Source: Octopus sinensis
Taxonomy: Eukaryota
NCBI RefSeq assembly: GCF_006345805.1
Contig: NC_042999.1
Location: 155,124,001-155,188,000, forward strand
Direction: 5' to 3'
DNA length: 64,000 nucleotides
The translations under genes and the position numbers were made by a program. Position 1 is the first letter of the stretch. Every line of letters begins with the position of its first letter. Below are positions 26,760-40,719 of this stretch, piece after piece. The notes under the pieces are model-generated. The model had not been told where the DNA came from. It ran no database searches and saw only the letters and a list, made by a program, of their open reading frames with translations.

Positions 26760-27555
26760 GTTAATTTTCTACAGTCAATATATAAAGTACCGTGAATTTT
26801 GTTGATAAGTTCACGTACCTCGGTAGCACACTTTCCAGATCTATGAACATTGACGATTGAGTCGACACGCGCAACAACAAGGGAAGCTCAGCATTTGAGC
26901 GGCTACGTGACCTAGTGTGGAGGAGAAGAGTCACTAGGCTGGCCACCATGTTAAAGATGCATCAAACATTTGAACTGCCTACATCTGTACATCTGCGTAC
27001 ATATGCTGTACATCTGCGAGACTTGGACGATTTATGAACGCCAATGTTAAAAAACTAAACCGCATGAAATGCCAAGAAAGCTATTGAAAATCACCTGGCA
27101 AAACAAGGTCCCAGACACACTGCTGAGGAGAGGTGGACAGGCCACCTTGTTCTAATGTCTGAAATACGACTCACCAAGTGACAGTTTTACAGCGAACTGG
27201 CGGAACGCAAGCGCACGCAAGGTGGACAGTAAAAGCCCTTCAAGGAGACACACTGAAGAGCTTTGAGACAAAACCCCGACACCTTGGAAGCGCATAAGCA
27301 CGACTACCTTGCTTGGCAAAGCTGCACCAACGGGGTACCACCTCCTAAGAACTGAATAGGATTGCAAGGACAGAAAGAGAACGTGAACTGCGCAAGTCCA
27401 GAGCCAACTCCTCGTCTTCAGCCCCAAAAGACCATTAGTGCCCGACCTGCAGCAGAGCCTTACGAGAACACATCGGACTGACTGGCCACGGCCGGACACA
27501 CTGCGCCTCTTCTCTCATGTATTGTCCTCGGCCATCGTCGACAAGGACGGACGAG
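26760..27555 (+). mobile_element. RTE (BovB-like) LINE 3' fragment
   Basis: VDKFTYLGSTLSRSMNIDD; LLKITWQNKVPDT; RWTGHLV.MSE.RL; FYSELAERKRTQGGQ. RTE-type 3' end CATCGTCGACAAGGACGGACGAG. Confidence 0.85.
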
Positions 27556-27919
27556 TAAACCAGTCTAGAGTAATGGTGAACCGGCTTAATCATAAAAGTT
27601 TGTAATTGCATACTTCCAACTGGTCGAGTCTGTATATTCCACTACACTTAATCGCCGCAGGACTTTGTGAGAGATCAATAAAATATTTTCCAAGAAGATC
27701 TTTTTCGAGGAATTGTAGTAAATGAGCCATGCACAGACCTGCTCTTACTTTTCAAATAGAACAGCTTTCCATCCGGTGGCCAAGAATGACTTGCCAATCA
27801 GAAAGTGTACGGCCCTCAAGTTTTAAATTACAACCTTAAATTTATTATTTATCAAATATATATTCAAATTAATTTCAATACTTTATATACAACTCTCAAC
27901 TGTGGTCACCCAGCAATGT

Positions 27920-28305
27920 TAAGCCAGGAAGATTCCATCAATAGAACAGCTGAGCTACTGAGCAAGACGGAGAGAAACACGACTCTACTCCCAGGAGCGA
28001 AGACGGGAGAGCTATGCATTGACATACGTATGGGAGATCGAGGAGGAATCGGCACTAAACTTTGGCACCGAAATCTATATCAGCTTCCGAACTGGACGTC
28101 ACTGCATTTTTGCAAAGGTCCCAGAACCATGTACTGAAATAAGCCGGGGATTTAAAGGCTCACAGCTTTTTTAATATCTTGCTAAAACCTCCGAGAGATC
28201 TACATGGAGTAGATGTGGATGTTTTCAAGTAGCAACTTGACTTCCTGCTGTCCAAGGTCTCAGATGTGACTACATCACGGCAAGAAATACCAAAGAAGGT
28301 AGCAA
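27920..28305 (+). mobile_element. CR1-like LINE fragment
   Basis: RLYSQERRRE...YVWEI; GAGATCTACATGGAGTAGATGTGGATGTTTTCAAG homologous to 1630-1730. Confidence 0.8.
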
Positions 28306-28376
28306 CGCTGCCGGGGATCGAACTCACGACCTTACGATCATGCGCCGAATACCCTAACCACTAAGCCACGCGCCTT
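28306..28376 (-). mobile_element. SINE family C head only
   Basis: GGCGCGTGGCTTAGTGGTTAGGG...GAGTTCGATCCCCGGC. Confidence 0.75.
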
Positions 28377-28854
28377 TACAAAAACAACAATAACAATTGC
28401 GTTTCATATAAATCTTTTGCAATCTCTTGCATAATTTGCATATATAGAAAAGAATTCAGTCAGAATAAAAGGCGCACAGTATAAATCATTGTAGGAGAGG
28501 AGATTGCCTGAACGAGATCTAAACAGGTGATAACCGGTTAGAGGGAAATATTCATTGAAGCTTCTAATGAATTTTAATTAAATGATAGAGCAGTTAGGGT
28601 GAAACATTGTGTGATGTTGGATTAGATTAAAACTTGTTGAAGGGTGAAACAATACAAAATGAAGTACCGAAGGGAAAACAGAAAAAAAAAAACAGTTCAT
28701 GTTTTGTGTTGTATTTCTTCACAGCACAAAATCTACACGAAGTAGAATTGTTACTATGACAACGCTAGTCTACGCATGTCAGTAACCACTCCAACATATC
28801 TGAACAACGATGACAATTCTATACAATCTCCTATTTCTCTATGTATCTTTACTC

Positions 28855-29260
28855 TTTTACTCTTTTACTTGTTTCAGTCATTTTGACTGCGGCCATGCTG
28901 GAGCACCGCCTTTAATCGAGCAACTCGACCCCGGGACTTATTCTTTGTAAACCCAATACTTATTCTATCGGTCTCTTTTGCCGAACCGCTAAGTTACGGG
29001 GACATAAACACATCAGCATCTGTTGTCAAGTAATGCTAGGGGAACAAACACAGACACACAAACATATACACACACATACATATATATACATATATACGAC
29101 GGGCTTCTTTCAGTTTCTATCTACCAAATCCACTCACAAGGTTTTGGTCGGCCCGTGGCTATAGTAGAAGACACTTGCCCAAGATGCCACGCAGTGGGAC
29201 TGAACCCGGAACCATGTGGTTGGTAAGCAAGCTACTTACCACACAGCCACTCCTGCGCCT
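28855..29260 (-). mobile_element. SINE family B, full length
   Basis: Head AGGCGCAGGAGTGGCTGTGTGGTAAG, body, central TA/TG repeat, tail GGCGGTGCTCCAGCATGGCCGCAGTC. Confidence 0.9.
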
Positions 29261-29417
29261 GGATCTATCTTTAGCATTTTTTTTGCATAACATTCAAAGA
29301 TGCGTGAGACTCTTGTTGCCTGTTTTACCTACTTTTCTTACTATAGGTATGTTCTCCGGTCTTTAATTTTTTCTATACGTCCAGCGATCCTCTAATGTGT
29401 CTATATATTTATGAGTG

Positions 29418-29710
29418 AGGGCGCGTGGCTTAGTGGTTAAGGGCATTCGGCTCATGATCGTAAGGTCGTGAGTTCAATTCCCGGCGGCGCCACGTTACTC
29501 CAGTCCACTCAGCTGGCAAAAATGAGTAATACCTGTTTTTCAAAGGGCCAGCCTTGTCACACTCTGTGTCACGCTGAATCTCCCCGAGAACTGCGTTAAG
29601 GGTACACGTGTTTGCGGAGTGCTCAGCCACTTGCACGTTTATTTCACGAGCAAGCTGTTCCGTTGATCGCATCAACTGGGACCCACATCGTCGCAACCGA
29701 CGGAGTGCTC
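29418..29710 (+). mobile_element. SINE family C, near full length
   Basis: A and B boxes; CTCCAGTCCACTCAGCTGGCAAAAATGAG; tail ...CGCAACCGACGGAGTGC. Confidence 0.9.
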
Positions 29711-29909
29711 TTCATATTTATGAATATGTAACTATATATTTAACCTTTTTTTAACCTGTTACATTTCAGTTATTTTATATCTTAATATTTTTTCTGTCAT
29801 TACAAACAATGATCTTCCAGCGTACGCTTATAGGTTTATGTTTGTGTGTATTTATGCAAGTACTCAGGGCTATACTTTTATACTTGCATTGTACGGATGT
29901 ATTCGTTTG

Positions 29910-30086
29910 TAAACTGGACATCATTGCATTTTTGCAAAGTTCCCAGCCATCCCGCCTAGAGAACCATGTACTGCAATAGCCTAGGATTTAAATGCTCACA
30001 GCTATTTAATATCTCGCCAAAACATCTGAGAGATCTGCATGGAGTAGATGTGGATGTTTTCAATTCGCAACTTGATATCCTGCTGT
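29910..30086 (+). mobile_element. CR1-like LINE fragment
   Basis: Homologous to 28090-28250 and 56170-56320. Confidence 0.75.
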
Positions 30087-30309
30087 GCGTGTATATGCAT
30101 ATGTAAGGAATACATCTCTATATGTTTGTATGCTTGGTCGTATGTACACCGAAGAATACATACATACATACATACATACATACATACATACATACATACA
30201 TACATACATACATACATACATACATGATCGACTCTGTCGGTCACGAATGACCATGGGTGCACCGAAGTCTGGGCGGAAAACTCGCCTCACCGGCGAACGC
30301 ACAATCTAG

Positions 30310-30575
30310 AACTGTTTTATGGAAGACCAGCAGTCGCTCATGCATACCAGCCACCCTCTCTCCACTCCACCGATGTTATCCAAAGCAAAGGCAAATGCCG
30401 ATACAGCTTGGCACCAGTGACGTCGCAACTCATTTTTGCAGCTGAGTGAACTGGAGTAACGTGAAGTAAAGTATCCTGCGCAAGAACACAACATGTAGCC
30501 CGGTCCGGGAATCGAACTTACAACCTCACGATCGTAAGCTCGACGCTCTAACCACTGAGCCATGTGCTTTCACAT
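30310..30575 (-). mobile_element. tRNA-derived SINE family D (C-like core, different tail)
   Basis: GGCTCAGTGGTTAGAGCG...AAGTTCGATTCCCGG; CTCCAGTTCACTCAGCTGCAAAAATGAG; distinct 3' part. Confidence 0.8.
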
Positions 30576-31929
30576 ACATACATACATACATACATACATA
30601 CATACATACATACATACGTACGTACGTATGTATGTATGTATGTATGTATAAGGCGCCTGGTGAACAGTAAAACCTTAAACGGAGAACATAATCAAACTAG
30701 AATCTGTGGCTGCACCATAAGTTAGGTTTCGTAGATGACGAAATGATCTCCTTGAAACCACACCCAAATTTTCTCGCTAAGGTAATCTCTGTGTCGGGCA
30801 TGTGATTAGCTCTTTATCAATTTCACTTTCTGCTCTCCTTTTTGATTCTTAAAATGTACATCTTTTACCTAAGCTATTTCTTTTTCTACGTGAATTCCTT
30901 ATAGCAAATCATTTCCAACAGAAAAGCCAAATGCACCTGACGAGATAGGACAACGGACAGCCATGGAACATTTGAAATGATACATAATATGCACCGAGCA
31001 ACCCTTTTGAAACAGCTGCAGTACTTTACTACTTATATTCCTTTTATTTGTAGACTTTATTATCACATAACAAGCAGCATGGGTTGTGTAGCATCTGTAA
31101 TCGGAATTTCTTGTCTAACCTCTGTATGGGACGAAAGAAATTTCGTGAATTGATTAAGAAACTTTATTGGTCAATTATCGATTTATTTGTATTCTCTATA
31201 AAAAAAACCTTGCCTATGTCGGATTATCAATATTTAACATGGCGAATTGATCGATTCCACTACATTTTATATATGTGTGTGGTGGTGAGAGGTATGTGTG
31301 TGTTAGTGTATATATTTATGTATGTCTACATGTGTGTGTGGGGGGGGGTACGAACGTGTCTGAAAGTATAAACGTATGTTTGAATGCATGCATGCATGAA
31401 TGAGCGTTTGATTTAATACTAAGTTATAACAAAAGCAGTTTACGTAAAAATGAATTCCTGTGTACTTTTTGTAGAGTACATATTGATTATTCACATGGTT
31501 GCACTTGACACATACTTAAGGGGAGAGAATTGCTTCTCGATGGTATATATCGAGTGAAGTACGTACATAAATTTCTATATAATTCATTTGTTTTTTCTTC
31601 TTTTCCATGAGAATAGGTCCTTTAGTCGTGAATAGCACTATTTCATCCTCCTTTTGGACTCGTCAGCACGACATAACCGGAGACTTAAATTAATTAAGCT
31701 AAATTCAATTTTTAACAAAATGTACTTCTTTTTTTTCTTCTCCATCTAACAGTGAAGATAACGTTTATAAGGTTTACTATTTACACGTTCATATAATAAC
31801 GTTATATTACCTCTCTTTCTAGCGGAATTTTATTAGGTTCAACGTCGTTTATTTGATTAAACGGGATTGTTTCCCTTTCCGCGATGGTTATATTTGCAGC
31901 GTTTCGTTCTATTTGAATTTTTGTATTGT

Positions 31930-32070
<141 letters not shown>

Positions 32071-32079
32071 GAATTAAAG

Positions 32080-32570
32080 ATAAATGAGTTTGGTTTTACC
32101 CATAACAATCAAACTAATAAGAAATCTGAATCGAAATATACAAAATAATCTCTGCAATTGTTCAAAATAATACTCATGCTCTGTCGATAATAAATGCAAA
32201 CCAAAAAATGTAGTATATAGATGTAAAGTTACACGCAGGAACTGAATACTTTTACATCGATGCCACTTCACTTATTTTCAAAACTAGACTGATAATCATT
32301 TAAATTTGTTTGAAGATAGAAATAAAAAATTCCAAACAAATCTAAGTAAATTAATCTGGTCTATTAAAAATAGAAATAAGGACTATACTATCAACTGGGA
32401 ACTAATTAGTACCGCTAAATTTTAGAGACCAAGGACAAATAAATGTGATCTATGCATAGGAGATTTTATCGAATTTTTACATCAGAGTATAATATAATAA
32501 ATTCTAGGCAAGAGCAAGCTTTAAGATACCTGCATATGAAAAAATTAATCTATAAACAATATAAATAAGC
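32080..32570 (+). mobile_element. PLE GIY-YIG endonuclease remnant
   Basis: CSVDNKCKPKNVVYRCKV; FYIDATSLIFKTR (YIGxT...FKxR); LSKLIWSIK...YTINWEL...KCDLC. Stops and frameshifts present. Confidence 0.7.
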
Positions 32571-32924
32571 TAAAAATAACCAAACAACCATTAGATATTA
32601 CATCAAACAAAATATTTTCAAATAATTGGCTCTTTGAAGTAAACAAATGATTATCCAGTCAATACTTGGAATACAAAATAAAGTTCGCAACATACATACA
32701 TACATACATACATACGTACATACATACATACATACATACACACACATACATACATACATACATACATACGTACATACATACATACATACATACACACACA
32801 TACATACATACATACATACATACATACATACATACATACATACATACATACATACGAGCACATTCAGACACTCATGCATATAAATAATTTGAACCTCCAT
32901 ATTGATCTTCAACATTTCTGATTA

Positions 32925-32953
32925 AACCGTGGAATATCCGCGGGTCGGCTAGT
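32925..32953 (+). mobile_element. Helitron-like 3' terminus
   Basis: Hairpin CCGTGGA-ATA-TCCGCGG followed by CTAG|T. The 5' end was not located. Confidence 0.55.
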
Positions 32954-33014
32954 ATTCACTTAATATGAATATTCATACAGTCTTTCTGTTTTTATCTCTC
33001 ACCCCCCACTCTCT

Positions 33015-33138
33015 CTGTATATACATACGTACATATATATATGTATATATATGTATATATATATATATGTATATATATGTATATATATATGTATATGGGT
33101 ATATATATATTATATATATATATATACATATATATACG

Positions 33139-33207
<69 letters not shown>

Positions 33208-33213
33208 TAACAT

Positions 33214-33285
<72 letters not shown>

Positions 33286-33310
33286 TATGTATGTATGTAT
33301 GTATGTATAT
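33015..33310. repeat. (TA)n tract
   Basis: Direct reading. Confidence 0.95.
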
Positions 33311-34057
33311 ATAAATCAACAGAGAAAGAAATTAGTTAATGTTAGACAAGAATTTAAAAGTCAGAAGGTTTCTGTTGCTATCATCACTGGAAATACATCG
33401 AAGATTGCTCAGGTGATAGAATATAAGATTAGCATGTGCTGTTTATCTTTCTCGTCGAACACATCCGCAGCGAGACAAAACACCAACTGTGAGGACAGGA
33501 AAATTTATTTCTTTTACTAGAAACCTCAATAAATATTTATTTGCGTTGGGTAACGGCGGCATTCATTTAAAAAGTGTGCGTTGAAAAGGCTCGATATTAT
33601 CTTTGATTCTGCTCTTTCGAAAAAAGACAAAACCAAAGTTATTACGATAAAGTACTGCACACTAAAGAAATATTCTGTACATCTTGGAATATTTTTGAAT
33701 GAGAAAATGTCACCATTATGGTGTTCTTAACCATATAGATGTCAGGTGTAAAGGTACGTGCGTTCTTAAATTATTTTACACATTTCTGCTTTACTGGAGA
33801 ATGTAACTTAAAAAAAAAAACATTTGTAAGAATGTATCATAAGTGTGGAATCGCCTTTACTGTGTAAGATGTTTTTCAACACTTCTAGTTGAAAATTCTT
33901 GTTTCACCATTTTCATACCAACTCGCTCGTTTTGCGATATAAACTTCTTATTTTAAAGAGGTTTAAATTAAAATCTTGTCTGAAAATTTTATGTTGATCT
34001 ATGTCTCAAACACCAGCTTAATAATGACAACGTTATTTTACTAAATTCTTCATTACT

Positions 34058-34225
34058 TAGGTGTAGGAGTGGCTGTGTGGTAAATAGCTTGCTTACCAGC
34101 CACATGGTTCCGGGTTCAGTCCCACTGCGATGGCACCTTGGACAAGTGTCTTCTACTATAGCCTCGGGCCGACCAAAGCCTTGTGAGTGGATTTGGTAGA
34201 CGGAAACTGAAAGAAGCCTGTCGTA

Positions 34226-34262
<37 letters not shown>

Positions 34263-34290
34263 CTATGTGTGTGTATATGTTTGTGTGTCT
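34058..34290 (+). mobile_element. SINE family B, 5' half
   Basis: Head and body match the full copies. Confidence 0.85.
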
Positions 34291-35257
34291 GTGTTTACTA
34301 CTCAACAAGTAGTAAATACAAAAAAGTACAACAGTGATATAATATGTTTGATGTGATGAAGTGAAAGGATTTTTATATTTCAAAAAGGACACTTCTTAAC
34401 GAAATGAAACTGGGATGTTTAGCATTTCAGGCGGAGCCCTTCTTTCAGAAATGAATTGGAGAGATTTGAAGTCACAGACAAAGCCCTTACTGCTGAGATA
34501 AAATGGAGAGATCTGAAGTTTCTGATGGGGTCTTTCGGTAGAGTCTGTCTTAATGTAATGAAAAGAATTCGCATTCATCGGGTAGGATCTTTCTGGTTGT
34601 GGCGAAGAAGGGGGAGATCTGAAGTTTAAAATTTTGGACGTCGACATTATACTGAGATGAACGTGAGGGAGATTTAATATTTAAGACAGGGCCATACTTG
34701 TTGTGACAAAATGTGGAAGCCTTATGCTCTAAGAACGATGTGGAAGATCTGAAGGCCGAGGTTGAACTATTCTGGCTATTTTGAAAGCGGAGGGTGTTTG
34801 AGGTAAGGTTGTTCTTAATAGGATGAAAGTGGAGGAGATACACGGTGAAAGACATGGGAGATCTTCTAAAATAAGCTTATCTTTACTGGTTGGAGGTAGA
34901 ATTAAAGTGAACATTCTTCATGTTGTGATAAAAAGAATGAAAAGGCATCTACTGTTTCAACTAGGATCTTTAATATACTTTTTTAATATTTCGGATACGA
35001 AACCTCAGAACCATCTTCATCACAGCAAACTAATATATTATACCTCTTTGTTTTTCTTTAGTGTTCTACAAATGCAACGCTGAAAAATACTGCAACTTGC
35101 TAATTAGTCTAGGTATCCTAGTTAAAATCAGGTGTATAACGGAAAAAGTATGTTCTAAAAAGAAATGTATTTTTATACAGAAAAATGATTATACTGTGTG
35201 GTAGATTATGTAATTGTTTTCGTACACTTATTGACAAATCTAAATTACAAAATGATT

Positions 35258-35293
<36 letters not shown>

Positions 35294-35613
35294 ATATATA
35301 GATAGACAGACAGACAGACAGACAGATAGAGAGATAGCACTCTAATTCAAAGAAAGAGAGAGTTGGTATTCCTGATTCTGAATGCATTAAGGATCCATGG
35401 GATACAACTACAATCCGAATGAATTATTTTTTCTTAACGTTGTAAGCCTACATCTGTTACAGAATAAGACTGGGTGTGGGTTTGTATGTGTGTGTTTGTG
35501 TGTGTGTGTGTTTGTGTGTGAGTGTGTATGTTTGCGTGCGCGCAAGCGTGTGTATGTCTATACTTACTCATATGCATATATACATATCTATTTGTCTATG
35601 TACCTCACTAGCC

Positions 35614-35644
<31 letters not shown>

Positions 35645-35683
35645 ATATATATATTAGCAGATAAATCGAGAGAGAGAGAGTGA

Positions 35684-35728
<45 letters not shown>

Positions 35729-35769
35729 GTACACGCAGACATGTACAAATATAGACTGAAAGAGAGAGG

Positions 35770-35820
<51 letters not shown>

Positions 35821-36129
35821 GGACAGACAGACAGATAAAAGTATATCAAATTCCACACAACACATTCTCGATTTATTAAAATTATCTCCGCCTCAAGAGA
35901 CTGTATCGTAATTTCAAAATGGCCAGTTCCACATGAGAAGAGAAGATAATATCAAGATTAAAGAATTTTCCATATTTGACATTCCATGAAGGAAAAGTGC
36001 AGTCTTTTTGCTTGAAGATAAGAGGACAGTGCGGATACGTGTTTCTGCCTCAATAAGTGTCATCATCACGACAATTGTCCCAGGTCATCTCCAGCAGACA
36101 AAGGATTTAGACATATACAAGAAGTAGAA

Positions 36130-36362
36130 AGGCGGCGAGCTGGCAGAAACGTTAGCACGCCGGACGAAATGCGTAACCGTATTTCGTCTGCCGTTACGTT
36201 CTGAGTTCAAATTCCGCCGAGGTCAACTTTGCCTTTCATCCTTTTGGGGTCGATAAATTAAGTACCAGTTAAGCACTGGGGTCGATGTAATCGATTTAAT
36301 CCGTTTGTCTGTCCTTGTCTGTCCCCTCTAAGTTTAGCCCCTTGTGGGTAGTAAAGAAATAT
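36130..36362 (+). mobile_element. SINE family A, single unit
   Basis: GGCGGCGAGCTGGCAGAAACGTTAGCACGCCGG plus one unit. Confidence 0.9.
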
Positions 36363-36482
36363 ATATAAGGAGTTGAAGATATTTATGGTCTAAGTAATTT
36401 GCACAATTTAAACAAAAATGAGTTAAGGGAAATAACTCAGAGAGACCAATGGCATATATTTGAACAACATTGAAAAATAACT

Positions 36483-36803
36483 GACACTCCGTCGGTCACG
36501 AGGGTGAGCATTCCAATTGATCAGATCGACTGAACAGCCTGCTAGTGAAATTAACGTCCAAGGGGTTGAGCACTCCACAGATACATGTACCCTTAACGTA
36601 GTTCTCAGGGTGATTCAGCGTGTCACAGGGTGTAAGAAGACTGGTTCTTTCAAATACAGGTACAACTTGTTTTTTCCAGCTGAGCTGAGAGGAGCAACGT
36701 AAAATAGTGTCTTGCTCAAAGACGCAACGCGTCGCCAGGAATTGAACTCACGATCTTACGATCGTAAGCCGGATACCTCGACCAGTAAGTCACGCACCTT
36801 CAC
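36483..36803 (-). mobile_element. SINE family C
   Basis: Head, core and tail are recognisable. Confidence 0.85.
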
Positions 36804-36859
36804 TACATAGACAAATACAGGTATATCAAATACTATACAACATAAATTCATGATTTATT

Positions 36860-37240
36860 GATTTCAAATGTTGGCACAAGGCCAGCAAGTTCGAGGAGGG
36901 GACAAGTCGATTACTGGTACTTATTTTTATCGATCCCAAAATGATGAAAGGCAAAGTCGACCACGGCGGAATTTGAACTCTGAACGTTTAGACCAGTGGT
37001 CCCTAACCTGTGGTCCGCAGACCCCTGGTGGTCTGCATAGGTAGTACTTGGAGTCCGTGAACTAAGTTAAAAATGTCATATACACACACACACACACACA
37101 CACATAAAGATAAGCATATCAAAAGGGGTCCGTGAGAAAACTCATTTAACTAGAAGAGCTCCTTGGTTTTGAAAAAAGTTGGGAACCACAGGTTTGGTCG
37201 GATGAAATGCCGCTAAGTATTTTGCCGGCTCGCCGTCCTA
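36860..37240 (-). mobile_element. SINE family A interrupted by a MITE
   Basis: The SINE sequence resumes after 37191. Confidence 0.75.
36994..37191. mobile_element. hAT-type MITE
   Basis: TIRs CAGTGGTCCCTAAC / GTTGGGAACCACAG. 8-bp TSD-like GTTTAGAC / GTTTGGTC (6/8). Confidence 0.75.
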
Positions 37241-37759
37241 AATTCTCGATTTACTAAAATCAACTCTACTTCTGGAGACTATTTCATAATTACTAAATGG
37301 TAATTAAGACCAGCCCCACTTCGACAGGCGGCCAGTCTATCCTTTTTTTTTTTTTTAATGGCATGTCAACTCTGGAGATTTCTTAATTTCTGCGATTATC
37401 TCCATTTTGCAAGAGGAGCTGGTCATGAGTAACAAGGAGCCCGAGATTTCACAGACGTTAACTTAATATGCTACAACTAGGCCACGTACCTTCACTATAG
37501 CATACACACATTTTTATGAGTGTGTGGGTAGATGTGCGTTTGTGTGTGCGTGTGTGTATGTGGCGTGATGTATGTTTTATTCAAATATACAAATGATATA
37601 AAAACACAAATCGAAAGAATATTTGAAAAATAAATAAAAATAATAATACTGTTTAAATATAAAATCAGAAACAACGACATGTTTTTCAAATGTAAATATT
37701 GTTGCAGTTTAAAATATGTTGAGGGCGGAGAGTGAAATTAGTGAAAGAAGGAGAAAATA

Positions 37760-38385
37760 TTATTTACTACTCTAAGAACAAGGCTCGGAATTCTGGGGGA
37801 GGAGCCAGTCGATTAGATCGACCCCAGTACGCAACTGGTACTTAATTTATAGACCCCGAAAGGATGAAAAGCAAAGTCGACCTCGGCGTAATTTGAACTC
37901 AGAACGTAAAGCAGACGAATTACTTATTTCTTTACTACCCACAGGGGCTAAACACAGAGGGGACAAACAAGGACAGACAAACGGATTAAGTCGATTATAT
38001 TGACCCCAGTGCGTAACTGGTAATTATTTAATCGACCTCGAAAGGATGAAAGGCAAAGTTGACCTGGGCGGAATTTGAACTCAGAACGTAAAAAAAGTCG
38101 AAATACTGCTAAGCATTTCGCCCGGCGCGCTAATGCTTCTGCCAGCTTGCCACCTTTAAAATATTCCTTTCTACTCTAGGCACAAGGCCCAAAATTTTGG
38201 GGGAGGGGCCAGTCGATTAGATCGACCCCAGTACGCAACTGGTTCTTAATTTATCGACCCCGAAAGGATAAAAGGCAAAGTCGACCTCGGCGTAATTTGA
38301 ACTCAGAACGTAAAGCAGACGAATTACTGGTAAGCATTTTGCACAGTGTGCTAACGTTTCTGCCAGCTCGCCGCCTTAGAAGGAG
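37760..38385 (-). mobile_element. SINE family A array (one dimeric and one monomeric headed copy)
   Basis: Repeated AATTTGAACTCAGAACGTAA units near 37895, 38075 and 38300. Confidence 0.85.
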
Positions 38386-38694
38386 AAAATATTATTTATG
38401 TAAACCTACGTCATAGGCAAATTTAACTATTTCTGCATTGATTGAAAAACTGGATAGCCTTATTCGGTTTTCATCAAAGGGTTTCTCCACCATTTGACCA
38501 ATCCAAGAGAAATAAGAAGCCAGTCTGTTTACATACTCAACAAATCTAGCAGCTATAGAGAACTCGAGCCACTAATTTACATAGTATGTTTTAACACTTT
38601 AGTCAGTATTAGCGGTCGGCTGGTCAGCGAGGATCTTAGTCCACACACTATCAAGGTATGATATAATGTTTAAATCTATACTCTTTATTCTTTT

Positions 38695-38898
38695 TACTCT
38701 TTCACTTGTTTCAGTCATTTCGACTGTGGCCATGCTGGAGCACCGCCTTTAGTCGAGCAAATCGACCCCAGGACTTATTCTTTGAAAGCCTAGTACTTAT
38801 TCTATCGGTCTCTTTTACCGAACCGCTAAGTTACGGGGACGTAAATACACCAGCATCGGTTGTCAAGCGATGTTGGGAAGACAAACACAGACACACAA

Positions 38899-38963
<65 letters not shown>

Positions 38964-39127
38964 CGATGGGCTTCTGTCAGTTTCTGTCTACCAAATCATC
39001 TCACAAGGCTTTGGTCGGCCCGAGGCTATAGTAGAAGACACTTGCCCAAGGTGCCATCGCTGTGGGACTGAACCCTGAACCTTGTGGTTGGTAAGCAGGC
39101 TACTTACCACACAGCCACTCCTACGCC
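38695..39127 (-). mobile_element. SINE family B, full length
   Basis: Same structure as 28855-29260. Confidence 0.9.
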
Positions 39128-39224
39128 TTAGAGTAGAAATACGAACATTGCAAATTTAACTAACTCTCTGTAGAATGAAAGAAAAATGATGAACAGCCTT
39201 ATACATACATATATACACCTACAT

Positions 39225-39365
39225 CTTAGACCACCACTGCCCGGCCTGCGACAAAGCCTTCCAGGCATGCCTCGGACTGATTGAACGCAGCCGGACACAA
39301 TGTGCCCCCTTCGTTTTCTCCCCTGTTTTGTCATTGATCATCGTTGACAACGGCGGATGCACTAA
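39225..39365 (+). mobile_element. RTE LINE extreme 3' end
   Basis: CTCGGACTGATTG...CCGGACAC...CATCGTTGACAACGGCGGA is homologous to 27470-27550. Confidence 0.65.
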
Positions 39366-39369
39366 TAAG

Positions 39370-39585
39370 CCTTTCTATTATTGGCACAAGACCTGAAATT
39401 TGGGGAGGGCGTAAGTCGATTATATCGACTCCAGTACGTAACTGGTATTTATTTCATCGACCCCGAAAGGATGAAAGGCAAAGTCGACCTTGACGGAATT
39501 TGAACTCAGAACGCCTTTAAAACAAACGAAATGCCGCTAAGCATTTTGCCCGGCGTGCTAACGATTCTGCCAGCTCACCGCCTTA
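39370..39585 (-). mobile_element. SINE family A
   Basis: Head, B box and CORE-like segment. Confidence 0.85.
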
Positions 39586-40152
39586 TGGATGTACTAATAA
39601 TAAAAAACAATTTAACATGAAAGCGAAGGATTACGCAGCACTTTTTAGTAGAGCACACATTTATTAGCTTTCAAAAAGAAAAGTTTGACAGTTTGTATGT
39701 ATGTATGCATGTATGTAGCGTCTTGCCCCTTTAACTGGTAACGTCATGATTTAAAGTCTACCCCTACCCTGCCTTTTTTTATAGACAGTTACTTATATCC
39801 AACTGACTACTCCTAATATCTTATTTCCTCCTCGAGGAAAAGGGATACATAAGTTAATTTATGACCATAGCTAGCCATGAGCTGTCGACTCACTCTTGTC
39901 CTTTATTCAAAATAGACAGTCTTCTAGTCTTAGATTTAGTAGTTGAGAAAGAAAGAAATGAATTAGAAATGAATTACAATCACTTACAACACTATGAACC
40001 CACAAGGCTTCATGCGATTCTTGGAAGTGTAGTCTATTCTTAGCTACAATAGCGACAATATGAATTTCTTCCATCTTCTTGCTCTCTGTTATAATATTTT
40101 GGAAAAATTATATTAATGTGTCCTACTTGTTAAAATTCTATTTATTTATTTG

Positions 40153-40237
40153 TGCAGCTGAAGATGGCACTGCATTTAAATTGATGTAACGATTGCATTG
40201 TTCAATTAAATGTACCGCTTGAAACGGTCGTACTGCA
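40153..40237 (+). ncRNA. Type-I hammerhead ribozyme with long stem II
   Basis: TGCAG-CTGAAGA-[TGCATTTAAATTGA/TCAATTAAATGTA stem]-GAAAC-GGTC-GTA-CTGCA. Confidence 0.8.
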
Positions 40238-40469
40238 TCACTACTTGATATTCTGTTGCTTATTTTGATTATAGGACATACATATATATATGTGTGTGTG
40301 TATGTATGTATATATATATATGTGTGTGTGTGTGTATTTATATATGTATATATATGTATGTATATATGTATGTATGTATCTATGTATGTATATGTATATA
40401 TAGTCGCCGTGTTTGGCCGTTAATCCACAGGTTTTTTTTCATTCGCTCTCTATTTTATTTTCTCTTATT

Positions 40470-40508
40470 CCTTTCTGTTGAAGAGCGTAGGCTCGAAACG
40501 TGAGAGAC
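40470..40508 (+). ncRNA. Hammerhead-like motif, A6U family (in a pLTR fragment, about 40430-40610)
   Basis: CCTTT-CTGTTGA-A-GAGC-GTAG-GCTC-GAAAC-GTG-AGAG. The H17 position is G. Confidence 0.5.
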
Positions 40509-40602
40509 TTTTGCATTTCTTATTTTCCAGAAAGTCAAACTGATATAACTGCCTGTTGTTCGTACACCTGTCTTCGTCTTTTGTTTTTCTATAAATTTCA
40601 AC

Positions 40603-40650
<48 letters not shown>

Positions 40651-40719
40651 TGTGTGTGTCTGTGTCTGTATCTGTGTGTAAGTATATATATATATATATA
40701 TATATATAAGTGTATATAT

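Noticed and set aside
34380-35060. Possible decayed PLE on the minus strand, with GTGATGA...GAAATATTA near 34990-35030
   Set aside because: The peptide similarity is too weak to support by eye, and the core, stem I and stem III are all imperfect. A translated HMM search is needed.
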